In this document: piece by piece, positions 18,011 to 25,809 of the stretch
Numbering within the stretch: the first letter of the stretch is position 1
Layout: the number at the start of each line of letters is the position of its first letter
Virus record (IMG/VR): IMGVR_UViG_3300009183_000002
Span: 1-64,000 of that record
DNA: 64,000 nucleotides
Reading direction: 5' to 3' (one strand)
From: a virus
Notes under the pieces: generated by a model
Databases searched by the model: none
Told to the model about the DNA's origin: nothing
What the model saw: the letters and a program-made list of their open reading frames with translations, nothing else
Made by a program: the position numbers and the translations under genes

Positions 18011-19834
18011 TTAAGGAAGGATGGTAATTGTCCCACGAATAATCAACCCCGCGTCACCTGAGATTACACCAGATGAAATTAACGCAGGTGTTGCACCAGA
18101 AGGAGCTGTAAATACACCAGATACACCCGTGACATTACTAAACCTTCCTGCATCCCCAGTGATTACAGCACCTGAGACTTGAGTTGTGTAAACACCTGAG
18201 ACAAAATTAGCGGTAGTACCAGTGACCGTAATACCTGTGATTGTGGTAAAGGCACCGGAGACTCCAGTTACTGTTGTAAATTGCGCCGTTGTGCCGGTGA
18301 CGGTTTGACCGCTGATGGTACCAGTGACTGAAACACCAGAACCAAAGAAACCAGAACCACTAACCGTTAAGTTTCCCGAGATTGTGGTGTTGCTGAAAAC
18401 AATGTTGGTGAAATTACCACTCGTTGCATTAACCGTAGTCACGTTCAACGTGGTGCCACTGATTGTTGTACCAGTGACTGAAGTAAACCCTGCGGCTCCA
18501 CCTGTAAGAGTTGTGAATTGAGCCGTATTACCGGTAATGGTTGCACCACTGATACTGGTAACAAAGACCGCTGCGATACCGGTTAAGTTACTAAATAATC
18601 CCGTATTACCTGTAACAGTTAAACCTGAGACAACAGTTGTGAAAGTACCAGTACCACCAGTAACTGTTGTAGCAAGAACCGTATTACCGGTAACGGTCGC
18701 ACCACTGACACTAGTTGTAAAAACACCAGTTTCTCCCGTTACGGTGGTAAACCTACCTGTATTTCCTGTGACTACAACACCAGAAACAACATCAGTAAAG
18801 ACGCCGGAAACACCAGTAACAGATGCAAGTTTTACAATGTTTCCAGTGATTGTGGTACCAGACAGGGCTGTGTAAACACCAGAAACACCTGTGATATTAC
18901 TAAATAATCCAATGTTTCCCGTAATGGTTGCACCAGAGATAAGCTGTGTGTAGATACCAGAGAGTGCAGTTACTCCTCCAAAAGAACCCGAATCACCGGT
19001 AATTGTTGCACCAGATACCCTTGTGGTGAATGTACCGGAAACACCTGTGACGTTAGAAGCCCTTATGGTGTCACCACTGATAATTGCACCACTTAAAGAT
19101 GTAGTAAATATGCCGCTAACACCTGTAACACTAGTTGCGCGAACCGTTGTTCCAGTAATTGTGGTACCTGAGAACGTACCCGTGGCAGTAACAGTGGATG
19201 CAAACTGAGCAGCACCAGAAACAACCAGTCCGCTTTCAACGGTTAGGTTGCCGCTAACAACAAGAACAGGAGTGGCGAGTGTTGCAAAAACACCTGAGGT
19301 TGCACTAACGGTTGTGCCGGTGATTGTTACACCACTTAACGTATTAAAAACACCTGATGTACCAGAGATATTGTTTCCAGTAATTGTTGCACCGCTTAGG
19401 CGGGTAGAAAAATTACCGGTGATTGCATTGACGGTTGTACCTGTAAAAGTCGTAGCCGTAACCGTTACACCATTGATGGCGTTACCTTGTATGGTATTGC
19501 CCGTAATTACGAGACCACTAAGGGTTCCGCTGACAGTTGCATTGTTCTGAACAATTAAACCACTGACAGATGCCTGGTTGCTTACGGTTAAACCGGAGGT
19601 TGTTGTTAAGCCTGAAACACTAAGATTTCCACTGATTGATGTATTACCACTGATGGTTCCCCCCGTGCGGGGAAGGTAGTAAATATTAAGATATTCTTTA
19701 GTTCCTGAAATGGTAATCTTTTTATTTTTTAACGCCGGGTCAACCTCAAAAACATGCACAATAGTAAAAAGATCCTGCTCGGCAACGTCAATGCCAGCAA
19801 GTTCTTGTAAATCGCTAATGCGCCGGTTGGCCAT
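18011..19834 (-). CDS. tail fibre/spike protein built from T/S/G-rich repeats
   Basis: Many SGATITG...VTGVSGVFT repeats; MANRRISDL N-terminus. Confidence 0.8.
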   Translation of the reverse strand: MANRRISDLQELAGIDVAEQDLFTIVHVFEVDPALKNKKITISGTKEYLNIYYLPRTGGTISGNTSISGNLSVSGLTTTSGLTVSNQASVSGLIVQNNATVSGTLSGLVITGNTIQGNAINGVTVTATTFTGTTVNAITGNFSTRLSGATITGNNISGTSGVFNTLSGVTITGTTVSATSGVFATLATPVLVVSGNLTVESGLVVSGAAQFASTVTATGTFSGTTITGTTVRATSVTGVSGIFTTSLSGAIISGDTIRASNVTGVSGTFTTRVSGATITGDSGSFGGVTALSGIYTQLISGATITGNIGLFSNITGVSGVYTALSGTTITGNIVKLASVTGVSGVFTDVVSGVVVTGNTGRFTTVTGETGVFTTSVSGATVTGNTVLATTVTGGTGTFTTVVSGLTVTGNTGLFSNLTGIAAVFVTSISGATITGNTAQFTTLTGGAAGFTSVTGTTISGTTLNVTTVNATSGNFTNIVFSNTTISGNLTVSGSGFFGSGVSVTGTISGQTVTGTTAQFTTVTGVSGAFTTITGITVTGTTANFVSGVYTTQVSGAVITGDAGRFSNVTGVSGVFTAPSGATPALISSGVISGDAGLIIRGTITILP

Positions 19835-19890
19835 TTATTTGTTTACGCGCAGGTACCCTTACTCAAATTATAATGCGCCCGTATCCAGGT

Positions 19891-20226
19891 CTACTTGATT
19901 TTAACTTCAATACGGGGTAAAGTCGTGGAGGCTAAATCCCAAGCAACTTGACCTGCTGTAACAAGACCACAAGCCATCACAAGAACAAGAATAAGTTCAG
20001 CAACTGTCAAATTGCGACGAACGTAAACGACTTGTGGTTTTGTAGCCGTCACTGGAAACCCTTGGCTTTGTGGAGGTTGCTGCTGAGCAAAGGCTTGTTG
20101 AATCGCCATCTCCCTAGCACGTGCCTTCATCTCTGCCAACTGCTCTGGCGTGATCTGTACAGGGGTAGGTGCAGCTGGTTGGCTGGGGGGTACTTGGTCT
20201 TCCATGTAAGCAACTTGTTTTCCCAT
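19891..20226 (-). CDS. Pro/Gln-rich membrane protein
   Basis: C-terminal hydrophobic helix ELILVLVMACGLVTAG. Confidence 0.65.
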   Translation of the reverse strand: MGKQVAYMEDQVPPSQPAAPTPVQITPEQLAEMKARAREMAIQQAFAQQQPPQSQGFPVTATKPQVVYVRRNLTVAELILVLVMACGLVTAGQVAWDLASTTLPRIEVKIK

Positions 20227-20255
20227 ACATTAGCATCTAACAAACAGGTGTTGTT

Positions 20256-20672
20256 ATGAATTACGGATTAAGGAAAGGACTGGAAGATATCGCATGGGAG
20301 CTAAAAGGTATTAGGAATATCTTGGGTTCCATGTGGCACAGCCGTTACCAAGATGGTGAGACAGACGTTTTAAATCCGGAGGCTTTTGCCGATGAGTACA
20401 TCTCGACAGAAGAATGTGCACGTCGCCTAAGTGTCTCTGATCAAACACTGCGTAATTGGATGGCTATGGGTCGAAAGAATCCAGAAAAAGGCTGGGTTGA
20501 AGGCATTCACTATGTCAATGCATCCCCAGATCCCAACCGTAAAGCAATCATCCGGGTGCCTTGGAATCACTTGATACGTTCTTTTGCTAAAAATCGTGAT
20601 CTTGATGCGCAAGACTACCGGAAAAAAACATCGCCCATGTATGTGTCCACAGGTTTTGACAGGTTGGAGTGA
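20256..20672 (+). CDS. HTH (excisionase/MerR-like) DNA-binding protein
   Basis: YISTEECARRLSVSDQTLRNWM...WVEGIHY. Confidence 0.75.
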   Translation: MNYGLRKGLEDIAWELKGIRNILGSMWHSRYQDGETDVLNPEAFADEYISTEECARRLSVSDQTLRNWMAMGRKNPEKGWVEGIHYVNASPDPNRKAIIRVPWNHLIRSFAKNRDLDAQDYRKKTSPMYVSTGFDRLE

Positions 20673-21130
20673 TGGCACATCGTTTTAAAAATGTAACAAT
20701 CGATCTTGTTACCATTGAAAATCATGAAGACCTACTTCCTGAATCATTGATTCGACAAGTAGCAGACTTCTTACCTCCGGGGGGTTCATTTGATGATGTG
20801 TGCTTGCGTCGATACTTAGAAAACCTGCTTAACTACGAAGAGGAAGATGCCAACTCAGGCATGACCTTGGCAAATAGGTTACGCATTGCTTTTAAAGATA
20901 TGACCCCAGACACAATCTGTGGTAAATTTCCGCAAGCTGAATTACCACTAAAACGACGTCTTCGTTGCGTAGCCGAATACCTGATCCGGTCTGGAGAATT
21001 TGATAAGGTAAGAGATGAAAACGGCAAGCTCGTTAAAAAACGCGGCATCTTGGGCAAGATGGTTGTCTTGTACCAGCCGATGCCTAAACTTCTAGATTCA
21101 CTTACACGCCAAGGGCTCTTAACACCATGA
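20672..21130 (+). CDS. hypothetical protein
   Basis: Coupled ORF of about 152 aa. Confidence 0.75.
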   Translation: MAHRFKNVTIDLVTIENHEDLLPESLIRQVADFLPPGGSFDDVCLRRYLENLLNYEEEDANSGMTLANRLRIAFKDMTPDTICGKFPQAELPLKRRLRCVAEYLIRSGEFDKVRDENGKLVKKRGILGKMVVLYQPMPKLLDSLTRQGLLTP

Positions 21131-21513
21131 ACCGTAGAGAACAATTAATTGCTTCTGTGATTGGTCCAGAGATGGACGAAAAAAAAGCACGGATGCTTGA
21201 TGTCACTATCAAGTTAATTCTTGGTGATATGGGAGAGCAGTACTGCCAAATGTGGGAACACGAAGGGCCTGGCGTCATGGTATTTCAACCTGACAGTAGT
21301 GAACGCTCCATGTTTTTCTTGACACTTAAAGAAATACACGCTGCACAAGAAGAGTGTGAGCGATCAAATGACGGTGATATGGCCGAGACGTTCCGGCGTA
21401 TCCTTGGTGCAGCACAGAAGATTGATCCCTTAGAAAAAGCTGGGTACATCATCAATGATGGCCAGGGTATTCGCTATCTGGAAATAGACTATAACAATAT
21501 ATCTGAAAAGTAG
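21127..21513 (+). CDS. hypothetical protein
   Basis: ATGA-coupled ORF of 128 aa. Confidence 0.75.
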   Translation: MNRREQLIASVIGPEMDEKKARMLDVTIKLILGDMGEQYCQMWEHEGPGVMVFQPDSSERSMFFLTLKEIHAAQEECERSNDGDMAETFRRILGAAQKIDPLEKAGYIINDGQGIRYLEIDYNNISEK

Positions 21514-22100
21514 TGGGCTTACAAGATATTCACAAACGCTCTGAAGATCTTGAGCTAATTACCAATTATGATCTGGTAGCTTCAGCTCATGCTCTTCTAG
21601 AAGGAATCGACTTAGATGTTGCTAGTTCCAAGACGGCAAATCAGTTTGTCGAAGCAAAGAATTATTTCACACCTTCGGATGATGGATTGAACTGTCAACA
21701 GTGGTTTGGTAGTGCATATTTGTTTCCACCCAGGGGTGCTTACTTCTGGGATAAAAAAAACGACAAGTGGAAGATGACACGGGCTTCGTCACCCACCTTG
21801 ACATCTTCACATGCCGTATGGTTCCGCAAGATGTATCGTACGTGGCTATCCAGGGAAATTGATCAAGGTCTTTATTTTACCAATTGTCCGGACATGATTC
21901 GGTACGAGCAAAAAATCTTTGATTTTCCTGTCTGCATCTTAAAAACTCCACCCTTATTAAGAAAAAACACAAGCGAAGGCATTGGACAACATAAGACGTG
22001 TACTTCATTTTTGGTTTATTTGCCACCAATGGATGATCCAACTACTGCCACTGAACGGTTTGTGGATATTTACAGCGAAAAGGGTCGAATTCTCTGCTAA
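21513..22100 (+). CDS. phage Dam-like N6-adenine methyltransferase homologue with altered catalytic motif
   Basis: IDLDVASS..AN..VEAKNYFT..DDGL...WFGSAYLFPPR, where NPPY is expected. Confidence 0.6.
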   Translation: MGLQDIHKRSEDLELITNYDLVASAHALLEGIDLDVASSKTANQFVEAKNYFTPSDDGLNCQQWFGSAYLFPPRGAYFWDKKNDKWKMTRASSPTLTSSHAVWFRKMYRTWLSREIDQGLYFTNCPDMIRYEQKIFDFPVCILKTPPLLRKNTSEGIGQHKTCTSFLVYLPPMDDPTTATERFVDIYSEKGRILC

Positions 22101-22133
22101 GTTTTGTAGACTAAAAGACGTTTCAACGCAGCC

Positions 22134-22721
22134 ATGAGCATCCTGGCAGATTGGGAAATCAAGTACTTGGCCCAAAACAAGGAGATGATTGCTCCGTTCA
22201 AGGACCATCTTGTCAGTCAACGAGGTGAGCAACGTATCTTAAGTTATGGGCTCAGTTCCTATGGCTATGATATTCGCTTATCCCCTAAACAATGTTTAAT
22301 CTTTGGTCGCATCCAGGCTGGAGAATGTGATCCAAAAGAATTCAATCCTGAAATTCTTTGTGAATCAGAATTATTAAAAGATGAGAAAGGCCAATATTTT
22401 ATGCTGCCTCCTTATGGTTATTGTTTAGGTGTTGCTCAGGAACGTCTTAAACTTCCACGGGATGTAACCGTTGTTGCAGTTGGTAAATCTACATATGCCC
22501 GGTCGGGGATCCTGGTTAACATTACCCCTGCAGAATCTGGGTGGGAAGGTTATCTAACTTTGGAAATCAGTAACTGCACCGGTTTATTTAATCGGATTTA
22601 CGCTGATGAAGGTATTACGCAATTGTTGTTCTATCGAGGCAATCCTTGTGAGGTTACTTACCAAGACCGTAAAGGTAAGTATCAAGATCAGCCAAATAAC
22701 ATAGTATTTTCGCAGGTATAA
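22134..22721 (+). CDS. dcd: dCTP deaminase
   Basis: LSYGLSSYGYDIRL, VGKSTYARSG, TPAESGWEGYLTLEISN, GKYQDQ. Confidence 0.93.
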   Translation: MSILADWEIKYLAQNKEMIAPFKDHLVSQRGEQRILSYGLSSYGYDIRLSPKQCLIFGRIQAGECDPKEFNPEILCESELLKDEKGQYFMLPPYGYCLGVAQERLKLPRDVTVVAVGKSTYARSGILVNITPAESGWEGYLTLEISNCTGLFNRIYADEGITQLLFYRGNPCEVTYQDRKGKYQDQPNNIVFSQV

Positions 22722-22727
22722 ACTGAA

Positions 22728-23102
22728 TCAAACAAACGCTTTGCCAAATTGGGCGTCTGGTTTATCAGCATAGTTTGTACTACCAGCTCGCCCAATTTTG
22801 TCACCCATACTAGGCAACGCACTACCAGCAATTGAAAGTTCAGTTCTTGGTGTTTTACCGTTGACAGTCGGCTCTGCAATTAAAGAACGCTTTTTGTATT
22901 CACCTGCACTCTTGGCAGCACGCATGAATTTTCCAATGCGATCTTGATTGTTATTTATTGCTTCAACTGCGCCCCGTTCTTCTGGAGCTACGCGCCGCAT
23001 ATCTGTGTCATACGCTTGTTCCGGATGTAAGTCCGAACTTTCAGCCGCAGATGTACCTGAGTCGTTACGCGGATCGTAAAGAGCGTCAAAGAATTTTGCC
23101 AT
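22728..23102 (-). CDS. hypothetical protein
   Basis: MAKFFDALYDPRNDSG...; ATG at 23102 follows TACAAT. Confidence 0.65.
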   Translation of the reverse strand: MAKFFDALYDPRNDSGTSAAESSDLHPEQAYDTDMRRVAPEERGAVEAINNNQDRIGKFMRAAKSAGEYKKRSLIAEPTVNGKTPRTELSIAGSALPSMGDKIGRAGSTNYADKPDAQFGKAFV

Positions 23103-23140
23103 AGTATTATTGTAAAAGGAATAAATCAAGCTAGAGAAAA

Positions 23141-23515
23141 ATGATGCACGGCGCTGCTGGCTTCTTAGATAGCTTCGTTCAAGACGAAGTTAAATGCCGT
23201 TGTCTTGATGAAGAAGATTTTGGTCAACCCATCGATAACGAAGAAAATGATGTACCCTTGTATGACATGTACAACAGGGGTTTAGCAGCATGCGAACAGG
23301 GAATGGAACGGACGAATCTGGGGCTGGAAGGGAATCCAGCGTTGCAGGGCCAAAGGCCGGGAATGACTGGGTATATTCCTTCGATGGAGGAAGCACTGGA
23401 ACAGTATCCGGGATCTTCACCCAAACCCAAGGCGTTAATGATTGCACTACCTTCGGCGGACAAGATGGAGCAGGAACAACTGCTGTCACAAAAACGCCGT
23501 GGTTTGAGCCGGTAG
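23141..23515 (+). CDS. hypothetical acidic protein
   Basis: 124-aa ORF divergent from the previous gene. Confidence 0.65.
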   Translation: MMHGAAGFLDSFVQDEVKCRCLDEEDFGQPIDNEENDVPLYDMYNRGLAACEQGMERTNLGLEGNPALQGQRPGMTGYIPSMEEALEQYPGSSPKPKALMIALPSADKMEQEQLLSQKRRGLSR

Positions 23516-23835
23516 AAGACAACGGTTGTAAAGATGGGGTTTGTCCAGTTCCATGGGCAACAACAAAGGCTGAAGTCAAGACCCTTCCATGGATAACAAC
23601 ACCTTCACGTCCCGAGCTACAACCTGATCTAGTTAATCATCCGCCGCATTACACCGACGGATCAATCGAATGCATCGACGCAATTGAAGCGCAGCTGACA
23701 CCAGAAGAGTACCGAGGTTATCTAAAAGGGAGTATCGCCAAGTACGGCTGGCGTGAGCGCCATAAAGGCGGGACAGAATCACTGAGGAAGGCACGTTTTT
23801 ATTTAAACCGTCTGATAGAGTTTGACGAAAATTAA
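23290..23835 (+). CDS. DUF3310 (T7 gp1.7 nucleotide-kinase-like) protein; true start uncertain
   Basis: DLVNHPPHYTDGSIECIDAIEA...YLKGSIAKYGWRERHKGGTESLRKARFYLNRL; upstream CKDGVCPVPW. Confidence 0.8.
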   Translation: MRTGNGTDESGAGRESSVAGPKAGNDWVYSFDGGSTGTVSGIFTQTQGVNDCTTFGGQDGAGTTAVTKTPWFEPVEDNGCKDGVCPVPWATTKAEVKTLPWITTPSRPELQPDLVNHPPHYTDGSIECIDAIEAQLTPEEYRGYLKGSIAKYGWRERHKGGTESLRKARFYLNRLIEFDEN

Positions 23836-24137
23836 AAAGGAAGAGCTTCTTCCTCATCATCATCCTCATCTTCATCTCCTATGCAGCTGGCGACCAATTC
23901 AGCCAGCTCTAGGTCAGTGGGGATGTCAAAATCAATCTCGATATTCTCATCGGCCATCAACGATTTAACGGCATACCACTCCATCAATCGCTGGTGGTAC
24001 AGGTTAAGGAGTGCGGAATAGAGCTGGTCCCAGGTCATCTCCTGTGCTTGCAACTCAGCTTTACGCATAGAAAACTGCAGCTCCAAGGGAAGCTCAAACT
24101 CCCGTGGTTCAACCGAACGTTCCATTCCGCTCTGCAT
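23832..24137 (-). CDS. nblA: NblA-like phycobilisome degradation protein with acidic tail
   Basis: ELPLELQFSMRKAELQAQEMTWDQLYSALLNLYHQRLME...VKSLM matches the NblA L-x-L-E-Q/L-Q-F...M-S/T-x-E/D-Q...L-Y pattern. Confidence 0.6.
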   Translation of the reverse strand: MQSGMERSVEPREFELPLELQFSMRKAELQAQEMTWDQLYSALLNLYHQRLMEWYAVKSLMADENIEIDFDIPTDLELAELVASCIGDEDEDDDEEEALPF

Positions 24138-24161
24138 GTCTTCAGTGCAACTATTCTAATC

Positions 24162-24822
24162 CTAGCTGTTAAAGATGCCTGTCAATTCTTCTTGGGTGTA
24201 ATCATCCCAAGAGGTATCGTCAATCTTAAATTCGTTAGCAAACTCTGACAGTACATAAGGACTAACGCGTTCTTCTAGGTGGCGAATTGCTTTGACTTGA
24301 CGAGCTGAGGCTTCATAATTCCGAAACGCTCGCAATAAAATTTCAGTTGTGCCCCAGGGGATGGCCTCTGTTTCCTGAAGAAACAACGCTGCTTCTTCCT
24401 TGCGTCTTTCCAGAAGACCCCCAATTACCTGATGCTCTTCGTCAAAAACCCAACGACCAATCTCTTCTGTTGCCAAACAAAAATCTTCATTCTCAATAGC
24501 ATCCACAAGATGACTGTAAAGGAATGATTCCCATCCAATAGAATGAATAAAAGAAATCAAGGCCTGGCGCATGGAATCATCCAGTCCCAGATTTAATTTA
24601 TCTAATTGAGTGTCAATGATATTGGTTTCATGAAACAAGTACTCCAGTGCTTTTTCTTTACTGCAACACTGTCCTTGCTTTACGGGGGCACCGTCAGGAT
24701 AAAATTGCGTGCCGTATCCAAACGTGTAAGGTTCTCCGCCAGTTACAGGATCGGCATAGGCTTTTTCATTAAACCCTTCGTATTTACGAATGAGATTAAT
24801 GGCACATGAAAAATCTGCCATG
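24162..24822 (-). CDS. GH24 phage lysozyme with acidic C-terminal extension
   Basis: IRKYEGFNEKAYADPVTGGEPYTFGYGT...GGLLERRKEEAALF; start near 24821. Confidence 0.8.
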
Positions 24823-24856
24823 GGAGTAACTACTGTTACTCTCAATCATACACAAT

Positions 24857-24982
24857 TTATTTACCTTGTCCGCGCATTTTTTTGCGACCATGATTAGGTA
24901 ATGAGTTTTGACCTTGTCCTTGCCGTGTTTTTTTCGGCTTGGATTCAATCTTGGTGCTGGAAGTTGTGTTTGCTTTTGCCAT
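24857..24982 (-). CDS. 41-aa basic protein (KKTRQG...RGQGK type seen in cyanophages)
   Basis: Own translation MAKANTTSSTKIESKPKKTRQGQGQNSLPNHGRKKMRGQGK*. Confidence 0.7.
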   Translation of the reverse strand: MAKANTTSSTKIESKPKKTRQGQGQNSLPNHGRKKMRGQGK

Positions 24983-25009
24983 AGATTCACCAGTTGTGTG
25001 TACAAGTTT

Positions 25010-25477
25010 TTACTTGTTCTGACAGTTTACTTGGTGCGTGACCCAACGGCAGTTCTCTGGGCAGTAATTGCCATAGTTATCGGTACGGTCTAGTTCCAGG
25101 GCTTGATCTGCTCTATTTTCTTCCGCCCATTTTTTAAATGCTGGGTAACTCGCCATCCATTCATCACACACCTGAATTCCTTTGGCTAAATACGATGGAT
25201 ACTTTTTGCAACGACGTTTCATTTTCTGCCATCTTCCATATAGCCAATGACCTTTGTTGTATTTATTTTTAGCATCTCCGTGGACTGTGTGTATATGTTT
25301 TGTAATTTCAGAAACATGCGGATTTTTTACATGCATTTCAACTGCTGAGCATGAGCGGCAACGCCAGCTACCCTTAGCTCGATTCCATTGATCAATCCTA
25401 ATTTCTTTTGTTTTTAGCTTGCAAGTCTGGCAGGTTGCTAAGACGTAATTCCAATTATTCCGTTTAATGTAGTCCAA
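25010..25477 (-). mobile_element. HNH-type homing endonuclease
   Basis: LYGRWQKMKRRC...KGIQVCDEW...LELDRTDNYGNYCPENCRWVT. Confidence 0.8.
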
Positions 25478-25809
25478 TCAAGGGAAGAAGCAATACTGGA
25501 TAATCCTACCACAAGTAATACACCCCAGTTGAAGTTACAGGCCCACCACCCCGGAGTCAGTTTGTCCTTCTTCTCGGAGCAGTTGTGCCTGGCCTTAAAG
25601 TTAGCACGTCTTCCCTCATCCTTGTGCGATAGGTAGTCGTCGTACCCACGCAGTCCAAACCGTACGATGGCTTCCTTCCCGTCCTGGCACGCTTTGACGA
25701 CGTACTTGTGCTTGTCCCCCTTGGGAGCCCGCTGAGGCTTGTTACACTCCATCTTATCTTTTTGGAAGCGCTTGGCTGCGGCTGCTGCTTTTTTACGTTT
25801 GTCCGCCAT
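25438..25809 (-). CDS. basic conserved phage protein (RRANFKARH motif)
   Basis: KHKYVVKAC...IVRFG...RRANFKARHNC...TPGWWAC. Confidence 0.7.
   Translation of the reverse strand: MADKRKKAAAAAKRFQKDKMECNKPQRAPKGDKHKYVVKACQDGKEAIVRFGLRGYDDYLSHKDEGRRANFKARHNCSEKKDKLTPGWWACNFNWGVLLVVGLSSIASSLDWTTLNGIIGITS

Noticed and set aside
18315-19550. Plus-strand ORFs within the tail-fibre gene (similar shadows occur at 7173, 15654, 37349 and 47505)
   Set aside because: Antisense shadows caused by repeat and codon bias of the real gene; V/P/T-rich translations.
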